64,000 bases of DNA from Ktedonobacteraceae bacterium (GTDB lineage Bacteria > Chloroflexota > Ktedonobacteria > Ktedonobacterales > Ktedonobacteraceae): contig DASVMX010000143.1 of assembly GCA_036384215.1 (NCBI GenBank), forward strand, positions 21 through 64,020, given 5' to 3'. The translations under genes and the position numbers were made by a program. Numbering within the stretch: the first letter of the stretch is position 1; every line of letters begins with the position of its first letter. Positions 54,433 to 63,717 of the stretch are shown in pieces. The notes under the pieces are model-generated. The model was not told where the DNA came from. It made no database searches and worked only from the letters and a program-made list of their open reading frames with translations.

Positions 54433-55893
54433 ATGAGTGAACTCTATAAGCTGACGATTGACGAGGCGGGCAAGCTCCTGCGTGCGGGCAAGCTCTCTGC
54501 GGTGGAACTGACACAGGCTCACCTGGACCGCATTCGCGCAGTTGACGATAAGGTCAAGGCCTTTACGCTGGTTACAGACGACCTGGCGTTGAAACAGGCT
54601 GAAGAAGCTGATCGCCGCCTGCGCAGTGGCCAGGATGTGACCCCGCTGACGGGCATTCCACTGGGCATCAAAGACGTGATCTGCACCAAAGATATCACCA
54701 CCACCTGTGGCTCGCGCATGCTGGAAAACTTCAAGCCGCCCTACGACGCGGCGGTGATGGAGAAGCTGAACGCGGCTGGCGCGGTGATGCTGGGCAAGAC
54801 CAATATGGACGAGTTCGCCATGGGCTCTTCCACTGAGCACTCGGCCTTCTTTCCCACGCACAATCCCTGGGATCTCGAACGTGCGCCGGGCGGCAGTAGC
54901 GGCGGCTCGGCTGCCGCGGTGGCTGCCGGTATGGCAATGGGTACGCTGGGCAGCGATACTGGCGGCTCAATCCGCCAGCCCGCGGCCCTCTGCAACATCG
55001 TTGGCCTGAAACCGACCTATGGCCGTGTCTCGCGCTTTGGCCTGATCGCCTTCGCCTCTTCGCTGGACCAGATCGGACCCTTTACGCGCAGCGCCCGCGA
55101 CGCGGCCCTGATCATGCAGACCATCTCTGGCGCCGATCCCCGCGATGCTACCTGCTCACCCGAGTCGGTAGCCGATTATGCTGCCGCGCTGAACGGCGAT
55201 ATCAAAGGTATACGCATCGGTGTCCCTACGGAATACCGGGTCGAGGGCACACAGACAGGTGTGGAGCAGGCTGTACGCTCCTCAATCGAGAAGTTGCGCG
55301 AACTGGGGGCAGAGGTCGAAGAGGTCTCGCTGCCACACACGCGCTTTGGCGTCCCGGCCTACTATATTATTGCTCCTGCCGAGGCCAGCGCGAACCTCTC
55401 GCGCTACGATGGCGTCAAATATGGCTACTCTTACCGCGATACCGACGATATGTGGGAGGCGCTGGAGAAGACGCGCGAGTTCGGCTTTGGCCAGGAAGTC
55501 AAGCGTCGCATTATGCTGGGCACCTATGCGCTTTCGTCCGGCTACTACGACGCCTACTACAAACAGGCCGAGAAAGTGCGCACATTGATTGCACGCGACT
55601 TCAGCGAGGCCTTCGCCAGGTTCGACGTGCTGGCCAGCGCGACCAGTCCCTCGGTAGCCTTCCGCCTGGGCGAAATCTCTGATCCCTACGAGATGTACTT
55701 GCAGGATGTCTTCACCATTCCAGCCAACCTGGCCGGCATCTGCGGCGTCTCCATCCCAGGTGGCTTTAGCCAGGGTCTGCCCGTCGGACTGCAACTGCTC
55801 GGCAACGTCTTCGCGGAGGACAAAATTCTGCGCGTGGCCGATGCCTTCGAGCGCGTCACCGACTACCATACCCGCTGGCCCGAAAATCTGTAA
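54433..55893 (+). CDS. gatA: Asp/Glu-tRNA amidotransferase subunit A (amidase signature family)
   Basis: The amidase signature is GGSSGGSAAAVAAG. GIPLGIKD and GSDTGGSIRQPAA are also present. The size is 486 aa. Confidence 0.95.
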   Translation: MSELYKLTIDEAGKLLRAGKLSAVELTQAHLDRIRAVDDKVKAFTLVTDDLALKQAEEADRRLRSGQDVTPLTGIPLGIKDVICTKDITTTCGSRMLENFKPPYDAAVMEKLNAAGAVMLGKTNMDEFAMGSSTEHSAFFPTHNPWDLERAPGGSSGGSAAAVAAGMAMGTLGSDTGGSIRQPAALCNIVGLKPTYGRVSRFGLIAFASSLDQIGPFTRSARDAALIMQTISGADPRDATCSPESVADYAAALNGDIKGIRIGVPTEYRVEGTQTGVEQAVRSSIEKLRELGAEVEEVSLPHTRFGVPAYYIIAPAEASANLSRYDGVKYGYSYRDTDDMWEALEKTREFGFGQEVKRRIMLGTYALSSGYYDAYYKQAEKVRTLIARDFSEAFARFDVLASATSPSVAFRLGEISDPYEMYLQDVFTIPANLAGICGVSIPGGFSQGLPVGLQLLGNVFAEDKILRVADAFERVTDYHTRWPENL

Positions 55894-55899
55894 CTGCAT

Positions 55900-55958
55900 T
55901 CTCGTTTGTCCGATACGCGCGTCTGGCCGATATTCCGCCGCGCGCCGGACAAACGAGA
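55900..55958 (+). terminator. Possible terminator hairpin after gatA
   Basis: A 13-bp stem (TCTCGTTTGTCCG / CGGACAAACGAGA) encloses a GC-rich 33-nt loop that can pair internally. The downstream sequence is T-rich. It is not a textbook terminator. Confidence 0.4.
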
Positions 55959-56124
55959 TCTCTGTTCTGAATTTGCTCTTTAGTATTTTATAATACACAT
56001 ATTCACAAAAGGCATAGACATTGGCTATAAGAAAAGGCCGGGGCGCGTAAAGGACATGGCTCGGCTTACCAGGAACTTCTTGTGGCTATGCGGGTCTTTG
56101 CTTTGAAGAATTGAGAAACGACCA

Positions 56125-57138
56125 ATGAATCGACGGAGACTACTTGCTTTTATTCTGCTTGCTCTTGCTATTCTGATTATTATCGGCGCACCCATCTGGT
56201 TCTTTACGCCTCTCAGCAGCGCCTTTGACACTCCGCTGGCCCCCACGGCGGCACCGCTGGATCTTCTGACCGTGACTCCCGTACCCAGAGTTACACCCGT
56301 GGCCATCCTGACTCCACAGGGCAAGCCAGCAACAATCCTGGCCAGCGAAGCCATTCTGGTAGACGCGGACACCAGCACGATCCTCTACGAAAAAAAGGCC
56401 GAAACCCCGGTCCCTATGGCCAGCACAACCAAGATCATGACCGCCCTGATCGCCATCCGGTCCGGCAATCTCGACCAGGTGATTACTGTAGGGCAGGACG
56501 CGGTGAATGAAGATAAAATCGGCAGCAACGCCAACCTCGCGGTTGGCGAGAAACTTTCGCTCAAAGAACTGCTCTACGCCCTGCTGTTGCCCTCCGGTGA
56601 CGATGCCGCCGTGGCCATCGCGGACGGCGTAGCCGGTTCACAGGATGCCTTTACCGCCATTATGAACGTCGAGGCTCAGAAACTCCACCTGTTCCAGACC
56701 CATTTCGATAACCCTACCGGCCTGGATACGGATCTCAACCTGAACCCCTTACCTGGCAACGCGCATTACACCACACCTTATGATTTTGTGCGCCTGGCCC
56801 ACTACGCCATGAGCATTCCGCTCTTCGCGCAAATCGTCAGCATGCCAACCTATCACCTCGCGGCCAGCGCCACTCACGCGAACTTTAACTGGAAAAATAC
56901 TAACACGATGCTAACCACCTACAAAGGAGCGCTGGGCGTCAAAACCGGCTGGACCGGTGCCGCGGGCGGCTGCCTGGTCTTCTCCGCCAAACGCAACGGC
57001 CACAGTCTGATTGGCGTCGTGTTCCATTCCAGCCGCACTAACAGCACCCAGTTACAAGACGAACAGACGCGCGTGGCCGACGCCGAAACTCTGCTCACCT
57101 GGGGCTTTGCCCTGCCCGCCCAGATGCCCAGGGTATAG
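56125..57138 (+). CDS. D-alanyl-D-alanine carboxypeptidase (peptidase S11, PBP5/6-like)
   Basis: An N-terminal membrane anchor is present. The SxxK motif is ASTTKIM, followed by LPSGDDAA and the KTG motif GVKTGWT. Confidence 0.85.
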   Translation: MNRRRLLAFILLALAILIIIGAPIWFFTPLSSAFDTPLAPTAAPLDLLTVTPVPRVTPVAILTPQGKPATILASEAILVDADTSTILYEKKAETPVPMASTTKIMTALIAIRSGNLDQVITVGQDAVNEDKIGSNANLAVGEKLSLKELLYALLLPSGDDAAVAIADGVAGSQDAFTAIMNVEAQKLHLFQTHFDNPTGLDTDLNLNPLPGNAHYTTPYDFVRLAHYAMSIPLFAQIVSMPTYHLAASATHANFNWKNTNTMLTTYKGALGVKTGWTGAAGGCLVFSAKRNGHSLIGVVFHSSRTNSTQLQDEQTRVADAETLLTWGFALPAQMPRV

Positions 57139-57162
57139 CACACAAATTCAAGCCTGACACGC

Positions 57163-58218
57163 TCACTCACCAAAGGCGTTGAAAACCTGGGCATAATCGT
57201 ATGGCTGCTGATCGATGCCGCTACAGCCATGGGGCGCGGTCTGAGAGGTGGTACAGGAGCGGTCGCGCCTGATGCTCCAGAAAGAAACCAGAGCCATCTG
57301 CTGACGCTCGGCAAAGTTATTGACGAGCTGCGCGTCCCGCAGGGTGAAAATCTCGCGGGTATGGTCATTGACCCCGATCATAGGCGTCAGGCCAAGCATA
57401 CCCCAGAGCTGGTCGGCGCTTTTCGCCGGATAGAGTTGCTGCAACTGGCGAAAAACGCTGCCGGCCGCGGTAATAGCGTTCTGCCCCATCTGATCGCCAG
57501 GTGCGTTTTTACTGTAATAGTCCATGATCATCAGATTCACGACATCGACGCGCACCCCGTCCTGGATGGCATTGCGTAAGAGATTCAGACTGCTCTGGCC
57601 CAGGCCCGTCGTCTCGACAGGCAGGGTATAAGAGATGTTAAGCTGCCGGCCAGCCCGCGCCGCATAGCGCTGCAAAGCGGCGATTGCCCGATTGCGCAAG
57701 CGGGTCGCCTGGCTATTTTTTAAGGTCTGCCCTTCAATATCAAAGTCGAGATGGCTCAGACCATAGGCGTCAATGGTCGCCTGGTATTGTGCAAACAGAT
57801 CAGGTAAGGTATTACACACGGTAGCCAGTTCTGAATTGGCTGAGCCGCCAAAGGCCACGCGCACATCGCCGCCGCGCGCACGCAAAGCGGCGATGTTATC
57901 GCGCATCCACGAGCCAATCGGCTGCCTGGTGTTCCAGGTCGCCTGGCAGGTTTTATCCTTGCTTCCCTCAACGAAAGCCAGCGTGAAAAAACGCGCGCCG
58001 CTGGCCCTCGACAGCGCCACCAGGTCGATCTCACTGGACGCGTCGTTACTATACGGCGCGAAATACCGCGTCGGCCAGCGCATTCGCCTCATCTGCTCTA
58101 CTTTCCTCTGTTCATCCCCACGATGCGCAAACGCCAGGCTCCCACTTGCCACCAGCGCGCTCAATCCCAGAAAACACAGCACTATTGACCGCCACACATA
58201 CATTTTTCGTCTGTCCAT
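57163..58218 (-). CDS. Secreted glycoside hydrolase family 18-like protein
   Basis: A signal peptide is present (IVLCFLGLSALVASGSLAFA). The catalytic-type DxDxE motif is HLDFDIEG. Confidence 0.65.
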   Translation of the reverse strand: MDRRKMYVWRSIVLCFLGLSALVASGSLAFAHRGDEQRKVEQMRRMRWPTRYFAPYSNDASSEIDLVALSRASGARFFTLAFVEGSKDKTCQATWNTRQPIGSWMRDNIAALRARGGDVRVAFGGSANSELATVCNTLPDLFAQYQATIDAYGLSHLDFDIEGQTLKNSQATRLRNRAIAALQRYAARAGRQLNISYTLPVETTGLGQSSLNLLRNAIQDGVRVDVVNLMIMDYYSKNAPGDQMGQNAITAAGSVFRQLQQLYPAKSADQLWGMLGLTPMIGVNDHTREIFTLRDAQLVNNFAERQQMALVSFWSIRRDRSCTTSQTAPHGCSGIDQQPYDYAQVFNAFGE

Positions 58219-58361
58219 ACGCTTCCATCCTTTTTCGCTGGCTCACATTCCCCTGGCAAACACGAAAAGCATTCTTTGCAACCAGGAACTATCTATTTAC
58301 ACTATACTGTCGGCAAAAACACCTACCTGCTCTTTCTTGCATAATGAGGTCATAGCATTCT

Positions 58362-58808
58362 TCACATAGTTTCCAGGGCAAAGAACGGGTGGCCAACTAC
58401 CGAGCGCTCAAACTCCTCAAGCGAGGAGGCCGCCGTGACGCCAAAATTGCGGGCGAAGGGGTAGCCGCGTTTGACTTCTTCTCGTAAAACGAGGGCTGCT
58501 TCTTCAGGAGACAGTTCTCTCGCGGTGACGATTTCGGAACGCCGCCCGCGCGTGAGGGTGGCTTCTCCTGCTGCTCGTAGATTGAGCACCCAGTCTCCCG
58601 CTCCAGCGCAGGCTACATAGCGCTTTCCATTGCGCCCAAGAAGCGCGAGAGGGACTGCACGCGGCTGCACGCTTTTGCGCCCGCGCACCGTCAGCAGATA
58701 GATGTGATAACTCTTGAAGCCTATGAGCTTGACGCCTGAGCGCAGCAGGGCCGTCGTCATAACATTTGCCAGACGGACATACAGAGGTGCATGATATGTT
58801 TTTGTCAT
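58362..58808 (-). CDS. DUF385 / deazaflavin-dependent nitroreductase-family (split beta-barrel) protein
   Basis: LLTVRGRKSVQPRAVPLALLGRNGKRYVACAGAGDWVLNLRAAGEATLTRG resembles the F420H2-dependent reductase family pattern. I moved the start to ATG 58808 (SD GAAGGAAA). Confidence 0.6.
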   Translation of the reverse strand: MTKTYHAPLYVRLANVMTTALLRSGVKLIGFKSYHIYLLTVRGRKSVQPRAVPLALLGRNGKRYVACAGAGDWVLNLRAAGEATLTRGRRSEIVTARELSPEEAALVLREEVKRGYPFARNFGVTAASSLEEFERSVVGHPFFALETM

Positions 58809-59093
58809 TGTTTCCTTCTCATTCTCTAAAAAGACTGTATCGTCATGACTATTGCCGATGGTCATCACACAGAAAGAGGGTTGAATGGTCTGATTTGGGA
58901 CAGATACCAGTTTGATATAGGCAAATCAGACTGAAAAGCTGTCCCAAAAAGGACTGCTCGTCCCTCTTTCTTTATGATGATCGAATACAATGATCATGCC
59001 AACAACGTACCTGTTCATCAATAGAGGGAGAAACATAGATGTCAAAAATAGAAAAAACTCCGCTGTTATCCTGGTTAGAAAAGAAGTAGCCCT

Positions 59094-59957
59094 ATGGAAG
59101 AGTCATTTGAAGCCCACCGCTCCTACCTTTTTGCCATTGCCTACCGTATGCTTGGGAGCGCGATGGACGCCGAGGATATGGTACAGGAAACCTATATACG
59201 CTACCAGACCGCGCAGCCTGAGAATATTCACTCACTCAAGGCGTATCTGACCACGATTCTGACGCGCCTGTGTATGGATCAACTCGATTTAGCGCGCAGG
59301 AAGCGAGAAGTATACGTCGGCCCCTGGTTACCGGAGCCGATCCTTACACCAGAGACGCCCGAAACAGCAGATCCAGAGAAGCGCGTCGAGTTGGAGGAAT
59401 CAATCTCGCTGGCGTTCCTGGTCCTGTTGGAACAACTCCAACCGTTCGAGCGAGCTGTCTTTCTGCTGCGCGAAGTCTTTGAGTACGAGTTTGCCGAGAT
59501 AGCCTCCATACTCGGCAAAAGCGAAGCTGCCTGCCGCCGCTCGTTCAGCCGAGCCAGACCCCATCTACGGGAACATCGACCACGCTTCACTGCCTCTCAC
59601 CAGACGCAGCAACAACTGCTGGACAGCTATGTTCAGGCGGTCGAGAATGGTGAGATGCAGAAGTTGATGAGCTTGCTCTCCGAGGATGTCGTTCTGTGGA
59701 CCGATAGTGGCGGAAAACTCAAAACAGCCGCGTTTCGTCCCATTACTGGACGCGATGCAGTGGCACGGTTTAGCGTGGGAACAAAACGCTTCAGGCCACT
59801 GAATTATCGTGTCGAGAAGGCAGAGGTCAATGGCCAGCCAGCCGTGGTGCTGTATTCTGGTGACCGGGTATTCTCCGTCCTGACTATTGATATAGAGGCA
59901 GAGCATATTCAAACCATTCGAATCATTGCCAACCCGGAGAAGCTCGCGCGGATCTGA
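59094..59957 (+). CDS. ECF sigma factor with fused C-terminal SnoaL/NTF2-like domain (ECF41/SigJ type)
   Basis: Region 2 reads YLFAIAYRMLGSAMDAEDMVQETYIRY. Region 4 reads ERAVFLLREVFEYEFAEIASILGKSEAACRRSFSRAR. A C-terminal extension of about 110 aa follows. No anti-sigma gene is adjacent. Confidence 0.85.
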   Translation: MEESFEAHRSYLFAIAYRMLGSAMDAEDMVQETYIRYQTAQPENIHSLKAYLTTILTRLCMDQLDLARRKREVYVGPWLPEPILTPETPETADPEKRVELEESISLAFLVLLEQLQPFERAVFLLREVFEYEFAEIASILGKSEAACRRSFSRARPHLREHRPRFTASHQTQQQLLDSYVQAVENGEMQKLMSLLSEDVVLWTDSGGKLKTAAFRPITGRDAVARFSVGTKRFRPLNYRVEKAEVNGQPAVVLYSGDRVFSVLTIDIEAEHIQTIRIIANPEKLARI

Positions 59958-60074
59958 GGAGAAACAGGCACTGACAAAGTTCCGGTCTGAAAAAGAGCTG
60001 CGAGCCAGAGTTGGTCGCGTCCCTGGCTCGCACACACCACTCATTGTGATATAACCCGACATTACATTCGTACG

Positions 60075-61361
60075 TTACAGTGATGGTAGTTTTGGATAAT
60101 AGTCGGGATTCAAGGAAAAGTCGAAGGCCTCGAAGAAGTCGCCGAGTTGAGGGTTGCCGTCGCGTGGGGGAAACGCCGGACCGGTTGCCCCGCCGTGAGC
60201 CGCATCGTTGTTGGTGCCAGGCGTGGCATGGTCGAACTGGTGATTGATGCTGGCCAGGCTGGGCAGACCGAAGCAGCGCTCGATGAATTTGAGAATCGAG
60301 GAATGTTCGTATAACCGATCAGAGAGGTAGCCGCGGCGCGCGTACGGCGAGACGACCAGGGTGGGTACGCGGTGCCCCAGGCCATAGGCGTCGAGTTGAG
60401 GAGGCGCGACATGATCAAAGAAGCCACCACCCTCGTCATAGGTCAAAAACAGGACCGAGCTCTGCCAGGCACTTGAGGCAATCAACGCGTTGATGATCTC
60501 GGCCATTTTATCCTGTCCGGTGTGAATGTCAGCGGGCGGGTGCTCGCTAATCAGTGATTCGGTGATCAGAAACGAGACCTGGGGCAGCTTACTGTTCTTG
60601 AGATCATTGTAATAATCGTCCTCGTCGGCGGTCAGGCGCGCGTCCTTTTCCCAGCGTTTGAAAAAGGCCAGCGCGTTGAAGTGCTCAAGGTCGTCGAAGG
60701 TACCATTGCCCAGGCCAAGGTTGTAGCATTTCCAGCTCATGTGGTGGGCATCCAGCAGATCAACAATAGTGGGATATTCCAGCACTCCCAGGCTCAATGA
60801 GTCTGTTGTCACGCCCCCCGAGGTTCCTGCCCAGAGCGCCAGGCGATTGGGAACGGTTGGTCCCAGGACAGAGGCGAAAGAGCGCCCGCAGAGCGTAAAA
60901 TGGTCGGCAAGGGCGTAGTAGTACGGCAGATTGGAGCCATCGTAATAGCCCAGAGCTGTCTTCCCATTGGTTGTGTAGAAGCCATCCATTTTTCCGCCAT
61001 CCCACTCGCTATGAATTGATTGCCAGGTATGGGAAGGATCGCCGGAGATCGGCAGAAAAAAATGATGCGGAGCTACCCTGCCGCCATCCCTATCAGGCTG
61101 CGTGTAACCGGCAGGCACCCCAAACGCTCCGGCGCGGGGATAATAGCCAAAATAGGTGTCAAAGCTGCGATTTTCCTGGCACGCGACCACGATATGCTCA
61201 ATTGGAAGCGTAGAAGCATAGGGGCGCGCGCGCGCCGCCGCGGCCTGCTGCATCACCTGATAACTCGCGCCCGCCGCCAGGCCAGCCCCGGCCAGAATAC
61301 TCAAACCGCTCAAGATCTGCCGGCGCGATTGGCGCCTGGAAACGAGGTCTCGAAAGCTCAT
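60075..61361 (-). CDS. Tat-exported phosphoesterase-family protein (phospholipase C / acid phosphatase AcpA type)
   Basis: The twin-arginine signal is [26 protein letters not shown]. The PF04185-type motif is [15 protein letters not shown]. Confidence 0.8.
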   Translation of the reverse strand: MSFRDLVSRRQSRRQILSGLSILAGAGLAAGASYQVMQQAAAARARPYASTLPIEHIVVACQENRSFDTYFGYYPRAGAFGVPAGYTQPDRDGGRVAPHHFFLPISGDPSHTWQSIHSEWDGGKMDGFYTTNGKTALGYYDGSNLPYYYALADHFTLCGRSFASVLGPTVPNRLALWAGTSGGVTTDSLSLGVLEYPTIVDLLDAHHMSWKCYNLGLGNGTFDDLEHFNALAFFKRWEKDARLTADEDDYYNDLKNSKLPQVSFLITESLISEHPPADIHTGQDKMAEIINALIASSAWQSSVLFLTYDEGGGFFDHVAPPQLDAYGLGHRVPTLVVSPYARRGYLSDRLYEHSSILKFIERCFGLPSLASINHQFDHATPGTNNDAAHGGATGPAFPPRDGNPQLGDFFEAFDFSLNPDYYPKLPSL

Positions 61362-61654
61362 AAAAGGTTCGTCTCCCTACTCTCAATGATGGTGTTTTCC
61401 CGGCACCCGCCGGCGCAGACACATCATCCAGGCTTGGCCCGGCAGGCCAGTAGTTCTTGCTGGATGATCTACCCGGGGGTACTACGGATGACACATCAAG
61501 ATACATCGATTCGTAACCAAATAAACGGCACGTGTCCGGCTATTTACGCACAGAGTCCGGCTTTCAAAGACTAGCAAGACACGGGCAAACATGATAGAAT
61601 AGCTTTGCCTACGTAATCCACAACTATAATTTTTATTGAGTAGAGTAAACCAAT

Positions 61655-62800
61655 ATGCGTTACGCCATCTTCACTGACATACATGCCAATCTGGAGGCGC
61701 TGGAGACAGTCCTCGCGAAAATCGACGAGATCTCTCAGGAACAGCCCATTGATCAGATCTGGTTCCTTGGCGATCTGGTTGGTTATGGCCCTAATCCCAA
61801 CGAGTGTATTGAGAAATTGCGCGAACGCACCGATGTGATTATCGCGGGCAACCACGACTGGGCCGCTGTCGGTAAGTTAGACCTGGATGATTTCAGCGCG
61901 GCGGCACGTATCTCCGCGGAATGGACGGCCAAAGAGCTGACGCCGGAGCACCGCGAGTTTTTGCGCAATCTGCCAGAGCGCCTGGAGATCGGCGAGTGTA
62001 CACTGGTCCACGGCAGCCCTTACGGGCCCCTGTGGGAATACCTGACCTCCGAGGTGCTGGCTGAACGCAGTTTTCAGTACTTCAATAGCCGCTTCTGCCT
62101 GGTTGGCCACACGCACGTCCCGGTCATCTTTCAGCAGCCCTACACGCTGTCGAATGAGCCCACGGAAAAGCTCAATCCGCTCGATGAAGATACCGCCGAA
62201 ATGAGCGCGGTTGTGCTGACCTCGCAACAGGCGGAGCAGGCTGAAAACGCCCTGCTGGAAGCGGAGCAAGAGGCCAGCGCGCAGGCAGCCCTGGCCACCA
62301 TCGCGCAAAATCTGGCCGCGGAGGCCGACGAGGCTGCTGCGCAAACGCATCTCAATGGCAATGAACAAAACGGCACAGCGGACAAGGCAGATGACGAAGA
62401 GGGAGAGCCGGGCAATCACGAGTTCGTGGCCTATGAAATCGCCGATAAGACGACTCCTGAAAACGATATTCTGCACGCGGAAGACCGCTTGAACGATGAG
62501 ATCGAAGAGTTGTTGGAACTACTCGGTCTGAGTCAGAGCATGGTCCAGGTCACAAACGAAATGTTCACGCCCCCCGAACACCAGTGGACACCCCCGGAAG
62601 ACTACCGGGCAATCATCAACCCCGGTGGAGTCGGTCAGCCTCGCGACGGGGACCCACGCGCGGCCTTTATGGTCTACGATAGCGAGAAAAACACCTTTGA
62701 CTTCTATCGTCTGCCTTATGACTTTGAAAAAACACAGGAGAAGATCATTCTGGCCGGTCTGCCTCAATACCTGGCGGTGCGCCTGGCCTATGGTCGCTAA
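61655..62800 (+). CDS. Calcineurin-like metallophosphoesterase (YfcE/MJ0936-like) with a large acidic insertion
   Basis: The metal-binding motifs are TDIHAN, GDLVGYGPNP, AGNHD, GHTH and NPGGVGQPRDGD. A Glu/Ala/Asp-rich insert of more than 130 aa sits between GHTH and the last motif. Confidence 0.8.
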   Translation: MRYAIFTDIHANLEALETVLAKIDEISQEQPIDQIWFLGDLVGYGPNPNECIEKLRERTDVIIAGNHDWAAVGKLDLDDFSAAARISAEWTAKELTPEHREFLRNLPERLEIGECTLVHGSPYGPLWEYLTSEVLAERSFQYFNSRFCLVGHTHVPVIFQQPYTLSNEPTEKLNPLDEDTAEMSAVVLTSQQAEQAENALLEAEQEASAQAALATIAQNLAAEADEAAAQTHLNGNEQNGTADKADDEEGEPGNHEFVAYEIADKTTPENDILHAEDRLNDEIEELLELLGLSQSMVQVTNEMFTPPEHQWTPPEDYRAIINPGGVGQPRDGDPRAAFMVYDSEKNTFDFYRLPYDFEKTQEKIILAGLPQYLAVRLAYGR

Positions 62801-62811
62801 AACAGAGATTC

Positions 62812-63504
62812 ATGAAACTGATCGTCGGCCTGGGCAATCCAGGCCAGCAATATGAGCACACCCGCCACAATGTTGGCTTCCGCGTGGTGGATAGCCTGGC
62901 CGCGAAATGGGGCTGGAAGTGGTCCGAGCGGCGCGGCAAAACCATCATGGCCAGCGGTACCGTTGGCGTCGAGAAGGTCGTCCTGGTCAAGCCACTCACC
63001 TTTATGAACCTGAGCGGCGAAGCAGTCGGCGAACTGGCCCACTGGTATAAAGTTTCCCCGGAAGATATCCTGGTGGTCTACGATGAACTTGATCTGCCCA
63101 CCGGCAAGGTGCGCCTGCGCGCCAAAGGCAGCGCCGCCGGTCACAACGGCATGCGCGACATCATCGCGAAGCTGCATACCAACGACTTCCCCCGCCTGCG
63201 CGTTGGCATTGGTCACCCGCGCAATAGCCGCGTGGAAGGCCGCGACCACGTGCTCAGCAAAGCCAGTGGCGATGACGGCATCCTCCTGGCCAGCGGCGAA
63301 GAGCGGGCCGTCCAGGCCGTCGAAATGCTGCTCGCGCAAGGCCTTGACGCGACCATGAACGCCGTCAACACTGACCCCGAAGAGGCCGCGCAAAAAGCCG
63401 CAGAACAGGAACGCAAAAAACGCGAACGCGAAGAGCGCGCCCGCCAGAAACGCGAAGAACAGTCACAGCAAGAGAACGGCGAGAACGAACCCGCCGCCAG
63501 CTAA
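62812..63504 (+). CDS. pth: Peptidyl-tRNA hydrolase with Lys/Glu/Arg-rich C-terminal tail
   Basis: The sequence reads MKLIVGLGNPGQQYEHTRHNVGF..HNGMRDI..RLRVGIG. The C-terminal tail of about 45 aa is EEAAQKAAEQERKKREREERARQKREEQSQQENGENEPAAS. Confidence 0.95.
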   Translation: MKLIVGLGNPGQQYEHTRHNVGFRVVDSLAAKWGWKWSERRGKTIMASGTVGVEKVVLVKPLTFMNLSGEAVGELAHWYKVSPEDILVVYDELDLPTGKVRLRAKGSAAGHNGMRDIIAKLHTNDFPRLRVGIGHPRNSRVEGRDHVLSKASGDDGILLASGEERAVQAVEMLLAQGLDATMNAVNTDPEEAAQKAAEQERKKREREERARQKREEQSQQENGENEPAAS

Positions 63505-63565
63505 GGCCCCTTGACAACACTTTCCATCCCAACTATAGTAAGCCGAGCAGCATATGCTGCTCGGT

Positions 63566-63636
63566 GTGGGTATAGTTTAGTGGTAAAGCGCTGCCTTGCC
63601 AGGGCAGAAATGTGAGTTCGATTCCCACTATCGACG
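63566..63636 (+). tRNA. tRNA-Gly(GCC)-like gene with non-canonical acceptor and T stems
   Basis: Hand-folded. The acceptor stem is GTGGGTA/TATCGAC, with a G3-G70 mismatch and a G5-U68 wobble. The D arm is GTTT-AGTGGTA-AAGC and contains GG. The anticodon arm is CTGCC-TTGCCAG-GGCAG, giving anticodon GCC. The T arm is GTGAG-TTCGATT-CCCAC, with an A52-C62 mismatch. The discriminator is G and no CCA is encoded. Confidence 0.55.
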
Positions 63637-63644
63637 CCGTCACA

Positions 63645-63717
63645 GGGGGCGTGGTGCAACGTCAGCATGATGCCAGCACAGGCATATGACATCGGGTTCA
63701 ACTCCCGGTCGCCTCCT
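63645..63717 (+). ncRNA. tRNA-sized tRNA-like element (Ala-type G3:U70 acceptor, aberrant D and anticodon loops); possibly a tRNA pseudogene
   Basis: The acceptor stem is GGGGGCG/CGCCTCC and includes a G3:U70 pair. The T arm is canonical (TCGGG-TTCAACT-CCCGG), but one extra nucleotide precedes the 3' acceptor strand. The D loop lacks GG. The anticodon stem ATGCC/GGCAT encloses only 6 nt (AGCACA). Confidence 0.2.

Noticed and set aside
53977-54861. The 294-aa minus-strand ORF across gatC and the start of gatA. Related cases are 55282-55998 (-), 62797-63393 (-), 44696-45562 (+) and 42614-43351 (-).
   Set aside because: They are antisense to highly conserved housekeeping genes or to clearly assigned genes. 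They are shadow ORFs.
58940-58965. A possible ECF41-type promoter (TGTCCCA ... CGTC) in the sigma/DUF385 intergenic region.
   Set aside because: The spacing between the two boxes is about 12 nt, not the roughly 16 nt I recall for the ECF41 consensus. The -35-like box is imperfect. The motif also points toward the sigma gene, not toward the expected reductase target.
63645-63717. A tmRNA (ssrA) gene, suggested by the GGGGGCG...GGGTTCAACTCCCGG-CGCCTCC ends with G3:U70.
   Set aside because: Only about 72 nt separate the two acceptor strands. No tag reading frame, pseudoknots or the usual GGAUUCGAC-type 5' segment is present. The element is tRNA-sized, not the roughly 350 nt of a tmRNA.
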